From positions 480,001 to 544,000 of the forward strand of contig CAXXTH010000017.1 of NCBI GenBank assembly GCA_963668025.2: DNA of 64,000 bases, in the 5' to 3' direction. A program made the translations under genes and the position numbers. The stretch is from Candidatus Hydrogenedentota bacterium (lineage in GTDB: Bacteria; Hydrogenedentota; Hydrogenedentia; Hydrogenedentales; SLHB01). Shown here in pieces: positions 30,178 to 38,725 of the stretch; within the stretch, counting starts at the first letter, position 1, and the number at the start of each line of letters is the position of its first letter. A model generated the notes under the pieces. The model saw nothing but the letters and a program-made list of their open reading frames with translations. It ran no database searches and was not told the origin of the DNA.

Positions 30178-30831
30178 ATGAATACGCCGATCTTGAAGAT
30201 ATCCATAAACATGGCGGCAGCGTATTTCGTGGTTTTTGGCATGCCAAACGCCTACGCAGACAGCCTGTTCAATGCCCATTCCGAGAAAAAAGGCTCGCTT
30301 GTCTCGAATAATGTCAAAGAATTCCAGGAAGGCGACATTATTAACGTGCTGGTTCGCGAGACGATCGATGCGTCGACCCAAGCGAACACCAACACCACGA
30401 AGAAGTCGAATATCGAGTCCCAGGCCGATGCGGCGGATAATGGATTTCTAGTGGCGGAAAAACCAGGCTTGAACCTGCTGCCTCAAGAAATGCTCCCGAA
30501 TTGGAAGATAGAGTCAGATAAAGAACAGAGCACTAAAGGTAATACCGCTCGTAAAAATACGCTGGTCATGACCCTCGCCTGCCAGGTGAAAAAGGTGTAT
30601 GACAACGGCAATATTGATATCGAAGGCGAAAAAACAGTCACGGTGAACCGGGAAGACTGCAAAATGTTCGTATCGGGGCGGGTGCGGTCCAAGGATGTAA
30701 CGCCTGCAAACACGGTGGACTCAACATTAATCTTGAACGCCCAGGTGAAGCTCGACGGGAAAGGCCCCCTCTGGAATAACCAGCGGCGCGGATGGATCAC
30801 CAAATTCCTGGATTGGTTTTCGCCTTACTGA
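30178..30831 (+). CDS. flgH: Flagellar L-ring protein FlgH
   Basis: GDIINVLVRE, NGNIDIEGEK, GRVRSKDV...NTVDS, GWITKFLD. Confidence 0.9.
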   Translation: MNTPILKISINMAAAYFVVFGMPNAYADSLFNAHSEKKGSLVSNNVKEFQEGDIINVLVRETIDASTQANTNTTKKSNIESQADAADNGFLVAEKPGLNLLPQEMLPNWKIESDKEQSTKGNTARKNTLVMTLACQVKKVYDNGNIDIEGEKTVTVNREDCKMFVSGRVRSKDVTPANTVDSTLILNAQVKLDGKGPLWNNQRRGWITKFLDWFSPY

Positions 30832-30836
30832 AAAAT

Positions 30837-30984
30837 GGAACCGCGAATGGACGCAAATGAACGCGGATACGTGGAGAGTACATCGGATGGTTCGCCCAAA
30901 TAGACATAGCAGGCCTCTTGAGAACGGAATGCCGCTGGCTATTCATTCGGCAGTATTCGCGTCCATTTGCGTCCATTCGCGGTC
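30837..30984. repeat. Hairpin repeat copy 1 upstream of GxxExxY gene
   Basis: ~31-bp arms of 10-nt units (ccgcgaatgg acgcaaatga acgcggatac) inverted around an ~80-nt spacer. Confidence 0.9.
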
Positions 30985-31039
30985 AAAAATCGTTAAGCCA
31001 AGCATTTTGAATGGCGCCCAGTTTGAGGGATGATCTCAA

Positions 31040-31432
31040 ATGGACGCAGATAAAATAGAGAGCCAACTCGTATATCAAGTTGTCGGATGCGCCATGGAAG
31101 TGCTGAATGGCCTTGGGCATGGCTTACGTGAGAAAACATATGAACGGGCCTTATGCATAGAACTTGAGCTTGCAGGAATTCCGTTTTCCCAGCAACAAAT
31201 GCACAAAGTGTTATATAAAGGTAGGCATATCGATGATTATATTCCCGATTTGGAAGTGCCAGAGCGGCTCATCATCGAGACAAAAACCATAGATAAAATA
31301 ACTAATGAAGAAATTGGCCAGGTATTAAACTATCTTAAGGTCACAGGAATACAAGCTGGACTGATATTAAATTTCGCTCATCCCAAACTTGAATGGAAAA
31401 AGATGGTTCATACCCATTTGAGCAGTAATTGA
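31040..31432 (+). CDS. GxxExxY protein (PD-(D/E)XK-like, function unknown)
   Basis: 130 aa; LGHGLREKTYERAL, YIPDL, IIETK, QVLNYLKVTG...GLILNF. Confidence 0.92.
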   Translation: MDADKIESQLVYQVVGCAMEVLNGLGHGLREKTYERALCIELELAGIPFSQQQMHKVLYKGRHIDDYIPDLEVPERLIIETKTIDKITNEEIGQVLNYLKVTGIQAGLILNFAHPKLEWKKMVHTHLSSN

Positions 31433-31440
31433 TGGATAAA

Positions 31441-31578
31441 GACCGCAAATGAACGCGGATACGTGGAGAGTACATAGGATGGTTCGCCCAAATAGACATA
31501 ACAGGCCTCTTGAGAACCGAATGCCGCAGGCTATTCATTCAGAATTATTCGCGTCCATTCGCGTCTATTCGCGGTTCC
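31441..31578. repeat. Hairpin repeat copy 2 downstream of GxxExxY gene
   Basis: Direct repeat of 30837-30984 with near-identical spacer gtggagagtacat...ggctattcattc. Confidence 0.9.
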
Positions 31579-31603
31579 CAAAAGCATATAAGGATGCAGT
31601 CAT

Positions 31604-32722
31604 ATGAAACAGATTCAGCAGAACGGAATTGCCCGCCGCGTGGCGCTCGGGAGCTTGGCGTTCTTGCTGGCGCTGGCGCTGTCGGAAAATGCGTGCGCGG
31701 CGCGCATCATGGATTTATGCGATGTCCAGGGCGCGCGGGGCAATGACCTCAAAGGCATAGGCCTCGTGGTGGGCCTTTCGGCCACGGGCGACAAAAGCGC
31801 GGAAGCGGTCCGCGCGCAACAGCGCTTGTTAAGCCGTCTGGATGTGGAAGTGGCCAGCTATGACAATCTCAAATCGGATAATTGCGCCGTAGTCCTGGTG
31901 ACCGGCACATTTCCCGCCTTTGCAAAAGAAGGCACACAGATAGACGTGCAAATTAGCTCCTTGTTTGATTGCAAGAGCCTCGAGGGAGGCATCTTGCTCG
32001 AGACCCAGCTCACGGGCGCGGACGATGAAGTATATGCGGTGGCGCAAGGCGCGGTTTCCGTGGGCGGGCTGAACGCCACAGGCGGCGGCGCAAAGGTGCG
32101 TAAAAATTATGTGACCGTGGGCCGAATCCCTATGGGGGCCTATATCGAACGGGAGATCCCTTCGACCATCACGGACGGCGAGCGCATGAGCTTTCTCCTC
32201 AAGAATCCCGATTTTGGCACCGCATCAAAAATCGTCACCGTCATTAATGCCGCCCTGGGTTCGGAACAAGCCAGAGCATTGGGCGCGGGCACGGTGAATG
32301 TGGTCATCCCGAAAGAAAATCAAGGCGATTTGATTACATTCATCGCCCAGTTGCAGTCGTTATCCGTGGAGCCCGTTGCGCTTTCGCGCGTAGTGATCAA
32401 TGAACGCACCGGTACGATTGTAGTGGGCGGCGAGGTGGCGATCCGGCCATGCCAGGTGGCCCATGGCGATTTAGTCATCGAAGTGGCCACGACGCCGGTC
32501 TTCCCGGAAAGCGGCGCATTACTGCCAGACGAACGCAAAGGCGAAGTGACGGATGTGAAGGTGAAAGAGCAGCCCGCGCATTTCTTGCCGATAAGCGGCG
32601 CTTCAGCAAGCGAAGTGGCCGTGGCGCTAAACAAGCTGAAAGTGACGCCGCGCGATATGATCGCCATTTTCCAAGCATTGCGCGAGGCCGGCGCTCTCGA
32701 TGCAGACCTGGATATCATGTGA
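31604..32722 (+). CDS. flgI: Flagellar P-ring protein FlgI
   Basis: GIGLVVGLSATGD, KSLEGG, YAVAQG, VVINERTGTIVVG, IFQALREAGAL. Confidence 0.95.
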   Translation: MKQIQQNGIARRVALGSLAFLLALALSENACAARIMDLCDVQGARGNDLKGIGLVVGLSATGDKSAEAVRAQQRLLSRLDVEVASYDNLKSDNCAVVLVTGTFPAFAKEGTQIDVQISSLFDCKSLEGGILLETQLTGADDEVYAVAQGAVSVGGLNATGGGAKVRKNYVTVGRIPMGAYIEREIPSTITDGERMSFLLKNPDFGTASKIVTVINAALGSEQARALGAGTVNVVIPKENQGDLITFIAQLQSLSVEPVALSRVVINERTGTIVVGGEVAIRPCQVAHGDLVIEVATTPVFPESGALLPDERKGEVTDVKVKEQPAHFLPISGASASEVAVALNKLKVTPRDMIAIFQALREAGALDADLDIM

Positions 32723-33084
32723 TGCTATACGTCAATCCCATGGCTGAATCCTATACGCCCCAAGCGGGATTATCTTCTGTCGATACCCAAAAACGCCAGG
32801 TGGCGGTGCGCGAGCTCGAGCAGTATTTCATTTATACCATGCTGCAAGAGATGCGCAAATCCTTGGATTCGGAAACGCTACTAGATGGCGGGCGGGAAAA
32901 ACAGATGTTCGAGGGCATGCTGGATGACGCATTGAGCAAACAGATGGCGGAAACCGGCCAGCTTGGCATCGGCAAGATGATCGAGGAACAACTCAGGATC
33001 AATGAAATACAGTCAAAGCTGCAAGCAGGGAAAACAAGCGCGCAGGATGCGCGCGTGCCTGGCGGATTCAAGCTGGCTTCCTGA
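32722..33084 (+). CDS. flgJ: Single-domain rod-binding FlgJ
   Basis: ELEQYFIYTMLQEMRKS...MFEGMLDD...GQLGIGKMI; ATG overlaps flgI TGA; no muramidase domain. Confidence 0.8.
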   Translation: MLYVNPMAESYTPQAGLSSVDTQKRQVAVRELEQYFIYTMLQEMRKSLDSETLLDGGREKQMFEGMLDDALSKQMAETGQLGIGKMIEEQLRINEIQSKLQAGKTSAQDARVPGGFKLAS

Positions 33085-33095
33085 TCTGCCGATAA
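33068..33095 (+). promoter_or_regulatory. Sigma-28 promoter for flgN-flgL
   Basis: TCAA-N16-GCCGATAA upstream of flgN. Confidence 0.7.
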
Positions 33096-33157
33096 TACGT
33101 ATGGCGCGGACAAGAACCGTTCCATACATGCAGAGCGAAGAATGAGGATACATCCGC

Positions 33158-33655
33158 ATGTCGGAGATGTTAGAACATTTATGCACGTTGCTCGAGGCGG
33201 AGCTGGCCCGGCAGGGGGAAGTGTATCAAGCATGCCTTGCCCAGCGGGCGGCGGTGGCCCGGCAGGATATCGCCCAGGTGGAGCAAAGCGCCAAGGCCAT
33301 TAACGCGCTTATACGCGCAGCCAAAGCCGCGGAACGGGAACGCCTTCACGTGGTGGGCGAAATTGTACAAACTTTTCAATTGCCGCTCGAGCAGCAGACA
33401 TTGACCGGGTTAATCCAGGCGGTTCCTGAGCCGTGGAGACACCGCCTGGCGGTGTTCCAGGCGGAGTTGCGCCGGATAGTGGCCGCCACACGGGCCCAAG
33501 CGCATGAACTGAGCCGCAGCATCCAATATGCGTTACGCGCCGCGAACGAAGCGATGGGCGCCCTTACGCCACGCATGGAACGTCCATATGACGCACGGGG
33601 CGTAAAATCGGCTCCATTGGGCTTAGCGCCCGCGCTTATCGATCAGAGAGGATAG
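33158..33655 (+). CDS. flgN: Flagellar export chaperone FlgN
   Basis: Helical 165 aa, TLTGLI segment, YDARG...LIDQRG C-terminus; synteny. Confidence 0.75.
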   Translation: MSEMLEHLCTLLEAELARQGEVYQACLAQRAAVARQDIAQVEQSAKAINALIRAAKAAERERLHVVGEIVQTFQLPLEQQTLTGLIQAVPEPWRHRLAVFQAELRRIVAATRAQAHELSRSIQYALRAANEAMGALTPRMERPYDARGVKSAPLGLAPALIDQRG

Positions 33656-33657
33656 AG

Positions 33658-34572
33658 ATGAGTTACACGCGCGTATCACAAAGCATGCTGGTTAGCCAGG
33701 TCATGAGCAACCTCAACTCCCAGACCCGTAAATTGATGGATCTGCAAAACCAGCTTTCCACCGGCCAGTGCATCAATGCGCCTTCAGATGATCCAATTGG
33801 CGCACGCACCGCCCTCAACTCGCGCAAGACTATCCAAAAAAATGAACAGTATGTGAAAAACATCGCGCTTGCCGATCCGATACTAAACGATACCTCGTCC
33901 ACCCTGGATACGGTGATTAACATTTTACAACGCGCGGAAGAACTGACCGTCCAAGGCAGTACGGGCACAAACAGCCAGGATGACCTAGATTATATCGCCC
34001 TGGAGGTCAATGAGCTTGTCGAGATGATGGTGGACAGCGGCAACCATGTCACCAACGGGCGGTATATATTCGGCGGAACATGTTCGCTGGACGAGGCGTT
34101 CACGGCCACCACGGATGCTACAACAGGCGAAATCACCGCGGTCACGTACAATGGAAATAGCGAAAAAATCGAGATGCAAGTATCCGACCGCACCAGTGTG
34201 GCTATAAATGAAACAGGCGACGCCGTATTTCAAGATTCCGAAGATATCTTTCAAGTGCTCATAAACATCCGCGATAACCTGCGCTCGGGCGATCAAACGG
34301 CACTAGGTTCCAATCTCACTGATCTGGAAAATGCGCAATCGCAAGTGCTGAGCGCAACAGCCCGCGTGGGCGCCACTCAAAACCGCCTAGAAACAATGAC
34401 TAGCCAGTTGGAAGATTACATCTCCAATAGCGAAGAATTGCTGTCTCTCACCATCGATATCGACTATGCGGATGTATATGTCGATTTGAGCGCCCAAGAG
34501 AACGCCTACCAAGCCGCTCTATCCGCCGCAAGCCAAGTTCTTCAGCCCAGCCTGCTGGATTTCCTAAGCTAA
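33658..34572 (+). CDS. flgL: Hook-associated protein 3 FlgL
   Basis: QLSTGQCINAPSDDP, GRYIFGG, YNGN, YQAAL...QPSLLDFL. Confidence 0.92.
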   Translation: MSYTRVSQSMLVSQVMSNLNSQTRKLMDLQNQLSTGQCINAPSDDPIGARTALNSRKTIQKNEQYVKNIALADPILNDTSSTLDTVINILQRAEELTVQGSTGTNSQDDLDYIALEVNELVEMMVDSGNHVTNGRYIFGGTCSLDEAFTATTDATTGEITAVTYNGNSEKIEMQVSDRTSVAINETGDAVFQDSEDIFQVLINIRDNLRSGDQTALGSNLTDLENAQSQVLSATARVGATQNRLETMTSQLEDYISNSEELLSLTIDIDYADVYVDLSAQENAYQAALSAASQVLQPSLLDFLS

Positions 34573-34624
34573 ACCGTGTTCTTTATTTAGCAATTACCAA
34601 AAGAACTCGTGGCATAAGGATAGT

Positions 34625-36030
34625 TCAATTGTTTACCTCTGCTTCTTCGGACATCTCGCTCAGAAGGCCATTAACATCCTCTAGCTCAAGCTGGCGCTTT
34701 ATCCAAGCCTCCTTGAGTGAAGGATCCTTTGCAAATGCTTTTTCGATGGCAAGTGTTTCATAATATTCTCTAGCTTTGGCGGTCATGGTCCATTCTGCTT
34801 CCAACCCAAGATCTTCAACTTCTTGGCGTATGTGAGTGATATCCGCTCTAAAAAATTCCTTTCTGTGATTCACTTTATTCATTTGCATAAATAAGAAATG
34901 CTTATGCAGTTGACTCTCTAGCGACGGTGCGTCCTCGCTAAAAATCAGGGCATGAACATCGAACTCAAATGGAACACTAGAATCTCCAAGTTCTCGTATG
35001 CGATCTATGGGATCGAGACGGCGGGTTAGGCCAATTTTATATATATTTTCTCCAAATGAGCCGACATTCGAAATTATATATACATGGCCTCTTTTGGTTT
35101 GCTGCGCCATCGAAAGGGCGCGCTTATTTCTTTCTTCCGCTTCCTTTAATCTCTCGCTTAATTCCTGCAATTGCATTTCATATTTGACCCGTTGTTCATC
35201 TGTGGCCTTTTCCATTTGCTGCTTGGCCTTCTCCATTGCTTTTCGCAGCATGTCCTCTTGCTTGGCGGCTTCCTTTATAGCGCGTTCGTAATCCCGGCGC
35301 GCCTTTTCTTCTTCACGTAGCTGCTCTTTGATGCGCCGTTGCTCTTCCCGCTCTTCTAGCCTTAACTGATGGACCACAGACGCCCACCTAAGCTCATTTA
35401 ACCGTGCCTGCAAATAAGCTTCTGTTATGCGTGCATCACGAAATGCTTTTCCATTGTAATTCACCAACGTAAAAGCATCGTTGACTTCTTGCATCAAGGT
35501 GCCTGCATTGTCGCTTTTCACTCTTGAAAGTATGGTATCGACTTTTCCATTAAAAGCGTCTATAACGAAATTCACGGCCGTTTCACGCCTGTTTGTTTCA
35601 ACATAATCGCAGGTGGCGGCAGTATTATTTCGGATCATGGCTTTTGTGAGTTCTCTTGCTGTTCTTAGTTCCCGACCGGCGTTGGTGTGACCGAATTCCA
35701 CGGCCAATTCATCCAGCAGGCTATAACTCGGCATAAGGTATTGGTCACCATATCCCTCTATGACGTTTTTCATTGCTTTGGCAGTACGCTCATGTAGTGC
35801 CATGTTTTTCAAAGCGTCATATGCGCTTCCTGCTATTTCTTTCGCTTTCTTTTCGGATTTCTCAAGGATCGAAGCAGTTTGCATAGCGGCTGAATCCAAA
35901 ACAGCTTGAGCCTCGCTTCTTAGGTTATTCGCTTTTTCTTTGGCTTCTGATGCGGTTGAAATAGCTTGAGCGTTTGCCTCGGCAACTAATGCTTCTGCCT
36001 GTTTTGTCGCATTGGCGATTAACTGTGAAG
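34625..36030 (-). pseudogene. DUF4041 + T5orf172 (GIY-YIG-like) protein, 5' end removed by ISKra4
   Basis: AFNG, YLQARLNEL, REEQRRIKEQLREEEKA, GHVYIISNVGSFGENIYKIGLTRRLDP...RKEFF; upstream ORF part is IS sequence; AT-rich. Confidence 0.82.
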
Positions 36031-37400
36031 GGGTGTTCCCGCAGAATGCTAAAGAAATCCTCGTGTCGGGTCGATAAGTATGCCGGACCCTTAACGGAGG
36101 AAGACCGATGGCAGCGATGGTGACAAGGCGCGACGGCGACACGTTCGAGGTGAGTTTCTCGCTGAGGCTGCGTGGTTCGATGCTCGATATGGAGGAGGCG
36201 GTCCAGGAGGCCCTGAACGGGGTGGGGCGCGCAGTCATGGCCGAGGCCCTGGCCCGTTTCGACACAGACGGCTCGCCCATCCGCGTCGGCGCCACCACCT
36301 TCAAAACCAAGGGGCGCTTCGGCCAGACCTACGAGACGCCCCACGGCCCGGTCCGCGTCGAGCGGCACGTCTACCAGAACACCGCCACGGGCGGGCGCAC
36401 CTTCTGCCCGCTGGAGCGGGACGCGCGAATGGTCATGAACGCCACGCCGCGCTACGCCCGGATCGTCAGCGGAAAATACTCCCGCATGGGCGCCGATGTC
36501 ATGCGCCGCGACCTGCTCGAGTCGACAGGCCGCGCAATCTCGCGCGACTATGTGAAGAAGATCGGCGATTTTGTGGGCGCCCTGGCGCAGGCCAGGGAGG
36601 AGACGTGGGAGTACGAGCTGCCGGAATTGGACAGGCCGGTCGCGTCGGTGGCCGTGGGCCTGGACGGCACCTGCATGCTGCTCAGGGAGGACGGCTGGCG
36701 TCAGGCGATGTGCGGGTCCATCAGCCTGTACGACAAGGACGGGGAGCGGCTGCACACGATCTACGCGGGCGCATCGCCCGAGTACGGCAAGCAGACTTTC
36801 CTCGAGCGCTTCGGCCGCGAGGTGGAGCGCGTGAGGGCGAGGCACCCGGCGGCGCTGTATATCGGCCTGGCCGACGGCGCGCCGGACAACTGGAAGTTTT
36901 TGACGCCGCGCACGGACCGGCAGATGCTGGATTTCTATCACGCGCGGGAATACGTGGGGAAGGCGGCGGAGGCGATTCACGGTCATGGCGCGCGCCGCCG
37001 GGAGTGGGAGGCGGACTGGAGTCACCGGCTGAAGCACACGAGGGGCGCAGCCGGACGCTTGCTGGAGGAGATGAAGGCGAGCTTGCCAAGCGTGCGCGCC
37101 CAGGCTTGCCGCGAGGAACTCGGCAAGGCGATCACCTACTTCGGCAATCACCGCTCGAAGATGCAATACTGGCGGCACACGGCGGAGCGCCTTCCCATCG
37201 GCAGCGGAGTGACGGAGGCGGCGTGCAAGACGCTGATCAAGCAACGCCTGGCATGCTCCGGGATGCGGTGGAAGGAAGCGGGCGCGAGCGCGGTGATCGC
37301 GCTCAGGTCGCTGGAGATGACCGAGGGCCGTTGGGACCAGTTCTGGCAACACGTGGCCCGCCACGGGGTCAATTGAGGTTATCATATTGAGGGAGCACCC
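36031..37400 (+). mobile_element. ISKra4-family insertion sequence, 1370 bp
   Basis: Imperfect 22-bp TIRs GGGTGTTCCCGCAGAATGCTAA / GGGTGCTCCCTCAATATGATAA; higher GC than flanks; no TSD. Confidence 0.85.
36108..37376 (+). CDS. ISKra4-family transposase
   Basis: LDGT, ADGA, LDFYHA, PIGSGVTEAACKTLIKQRL...GMRW. Confidence 0.92.
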   Translation: MAAMVTRRDGDTFEVSFSLRLRGSMLDMEEAVQEALNGVGRAVMAEALARFDTDGSPIRVGATTFKTKGRFGQTYETPHGPVRVERHVYQNTATGGRTFCPLERDARMVMNATPRYARIVSGKYSRMGADVMRRDLLESTGRAISRDYVKKIGDFVGALAQAREETWEYELPELDRPVASVAVGLDGTCMLLREDGWRQAMCGSISLYDKDGERLHTIYAGASPEYGKQTFLERFGREVERVRARHPAALYIGLADGAPDNWKFLTPRTDRQMLDFYHAREYVGKAAEAIHGHGARRREWEADWSHRLKHTRGAAGRLLEEMKASLPSVRAQACREELGKAITYFGNHRSKMQYWRHTAERLPIGSGVTEAACKTLIKQRLACSGMRWKEAGASAVIALRSLEMTEGRWDQFWQHVARHGVN

Positions 37401-37407
37401 GTTGGGA

Positions 37408-37566
37408 GTTAGGGTGGGATTTGCCCAAGCGCTCATGGATACGCCTATATAGTCCAGAACTTAACTATTTGATATGAAATGGTTTATCAGGGAAATCCCT
37501 GCAAGAAAACAATGTTTTGCCAGATAGTACGAAAATCTTGTCCATCATGTAAATCATGTCCAAAAA
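37408..37566. repeat. Composite repeat shared with 57101-57302
   Basis: Degenerate GTAG REP + cgctca.gga.tacgcctatatagtcc...taactatttgatatg + atcttgtccatcatgtaaatcatgtc arm. Confidence 0.7.
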
Positions 37567-37822
37567 AGCTACCCCTGTTTGAGGCGGATGGATGGTCATT
37601 TGATGCTACTATCTTCTCCAGAAGTGCGATGATCTTTTCCTGGTTTTCCAGGCTCTTGCGGCTGATGGCCAAGCTTTCATCCACTGTTTGCATGGCTTGT
37701 TGCTGCCGTTGTATCGATTCTTGTTGCATCTGGAGATATTTTCTCTGCCGAGCCGCTGAAAGTATCAAGATTGCGATGCCAACAGTACACATAGTCACAA
37801 CAAAGAGGGTGCGGTAATCCAT
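37487..37822 (-). CDS. Small hypothetical membrane-anchored protein with repeat-derived C-terminus
   Basis: N-terminal TM, Q-rich coiled coil, AAAGGGA RBS; tail FFGHDLHDGQDF translates the repeat arm. Confidence 0.55.
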   Translation of the reverse strand: MDYRTLFVVTMCTVGIAILILSAARQRKYLQMQQESIQRQQQAMQTVDESLAISRKSLENQEKIIALLEKIVASNDHPSASNRGSFFGHDLHDGQDFRTIWQNIVFLQGFP

Positions 37823-37834
37823 TTTTTATCCCTT

Positions 37835-38722
37835 TCAAGTTACTGCCAGATGACTATCCGCTGATTCGCATTCCCACTTGGCGCGTTTCACGTGGCGGGT
37901 GATGGCGAACCGTTGCGGGAACACCTCGATCCGGCTGAATTCCCCGTGCGTGCCCGCTGATGGGCGTTTATATAAAAACGCCCCCGTGGTCAAATGACTG
38001 ATGTTCGGATAAACAGGGTCTTGCATGTAGCTAAAGCGATGGACATGGCCGGCCAAGTAGAGGATGTGTTTGCTGCTGTCTCCTAGTACGGTGCGCAATG
38101 CGTCCGCGCCCGCCAAGCGGCGCGTCCAGGCGCTATGATAGCTGGCGGTGTCATGCAAGGCGGGATAATGGCCGGCAACGAGCACGGCCGGGCCACAATC
38201 TTGCAGCAAGGAGCCAAGCTGTTCAAGAGCCATTTCTTGTATGCGGCCCCGCGAGGTGAGCCAATTGGGGGTTACGGTGGGGATGAACAGCAGCGGCGTG
38301 CCGCCGGGCAGCGTGATGCGCGCGGGCAGCGCCGTCGCAGGTGAAAAGGAACCGAGATACGCCTCGAATCGGTGCCTCCGGCAGGATTCAAAGGTGTATG
38401 CATCATGGTTGCCGGACAGAATGTGGATATCCAGGCCGAGCCCTTGCAACCGTTCGAGAAAGGCGCGCGCCAAGGCGAATTCCTCGTCCGTGGCGGTGCA
38501 GGTGAAGTCGCCGGTAATGAGGATGGTGCGCACGCCCGTGGCCGCCAAGACTTCGGTATATGGTTCCGCCTGCTCCATGAGGATATGCCTACCGCGCCGC
38601 AGCACGGCGTTGAGGTTGCCTAAGAACCGTTTGTTAAGCAGCCGCAAGGGATTCCATACCGCCCGCCAGAAATGGATATCCGTTATATGGAGCGCGGCGT
38701 CTATCAGCAGGGAGTGCTCCAT
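37835..38722 (-). CDS. Metallophosphoesterase (CpdA-like)
   Basis: HITDIH, ITGDF, SGNHD, GHYP, GHVH. Confidence 0.88.
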   Translation of the reverse strand: MEHSLLIDAALHITDIHFWRAVWNPLRLLNKRFLGNLNAVLRRGRHILMEQAEPYTEVLAATGVRTILITGDFTCTATDEEFALARAFLERLQGLGLDIHILSGNHDAYTFESCRRHRFEAYLGSFSPATALPARITLPGGTPLLFIPTVTPNWLTSRGRIQEMALEQLGSLLQDCGPAVLVAGHYPALHDTASYHSAWTRRLAGADALRTVLGDSSKHILYLAGHVHRFSYMQDPVYPNISHLTTGAFLYKRPSAGTHGEFSRIEVFPQRFAITRHVKRAKWECESADSHLAVT

Positions 38723-38725
38723 GGC

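Noticed and set aside
30837-31578. CRISPR array or integron cassette interpretation of the GxxExxY repeats
   Set aside because: Only two repeats, their internal spacers are near-identical, no cas or intI gene, and no RYYYAAC/GTTRRRY attC ends
35925-37436. 503-aa minus-strand ORF, possible lost N-terminus of the DUF4041 gene
   Set aside because: Antisense to the transposase; its first 12 codons come from a REP and are out of frame with the DUF4041 gene after removing the IS
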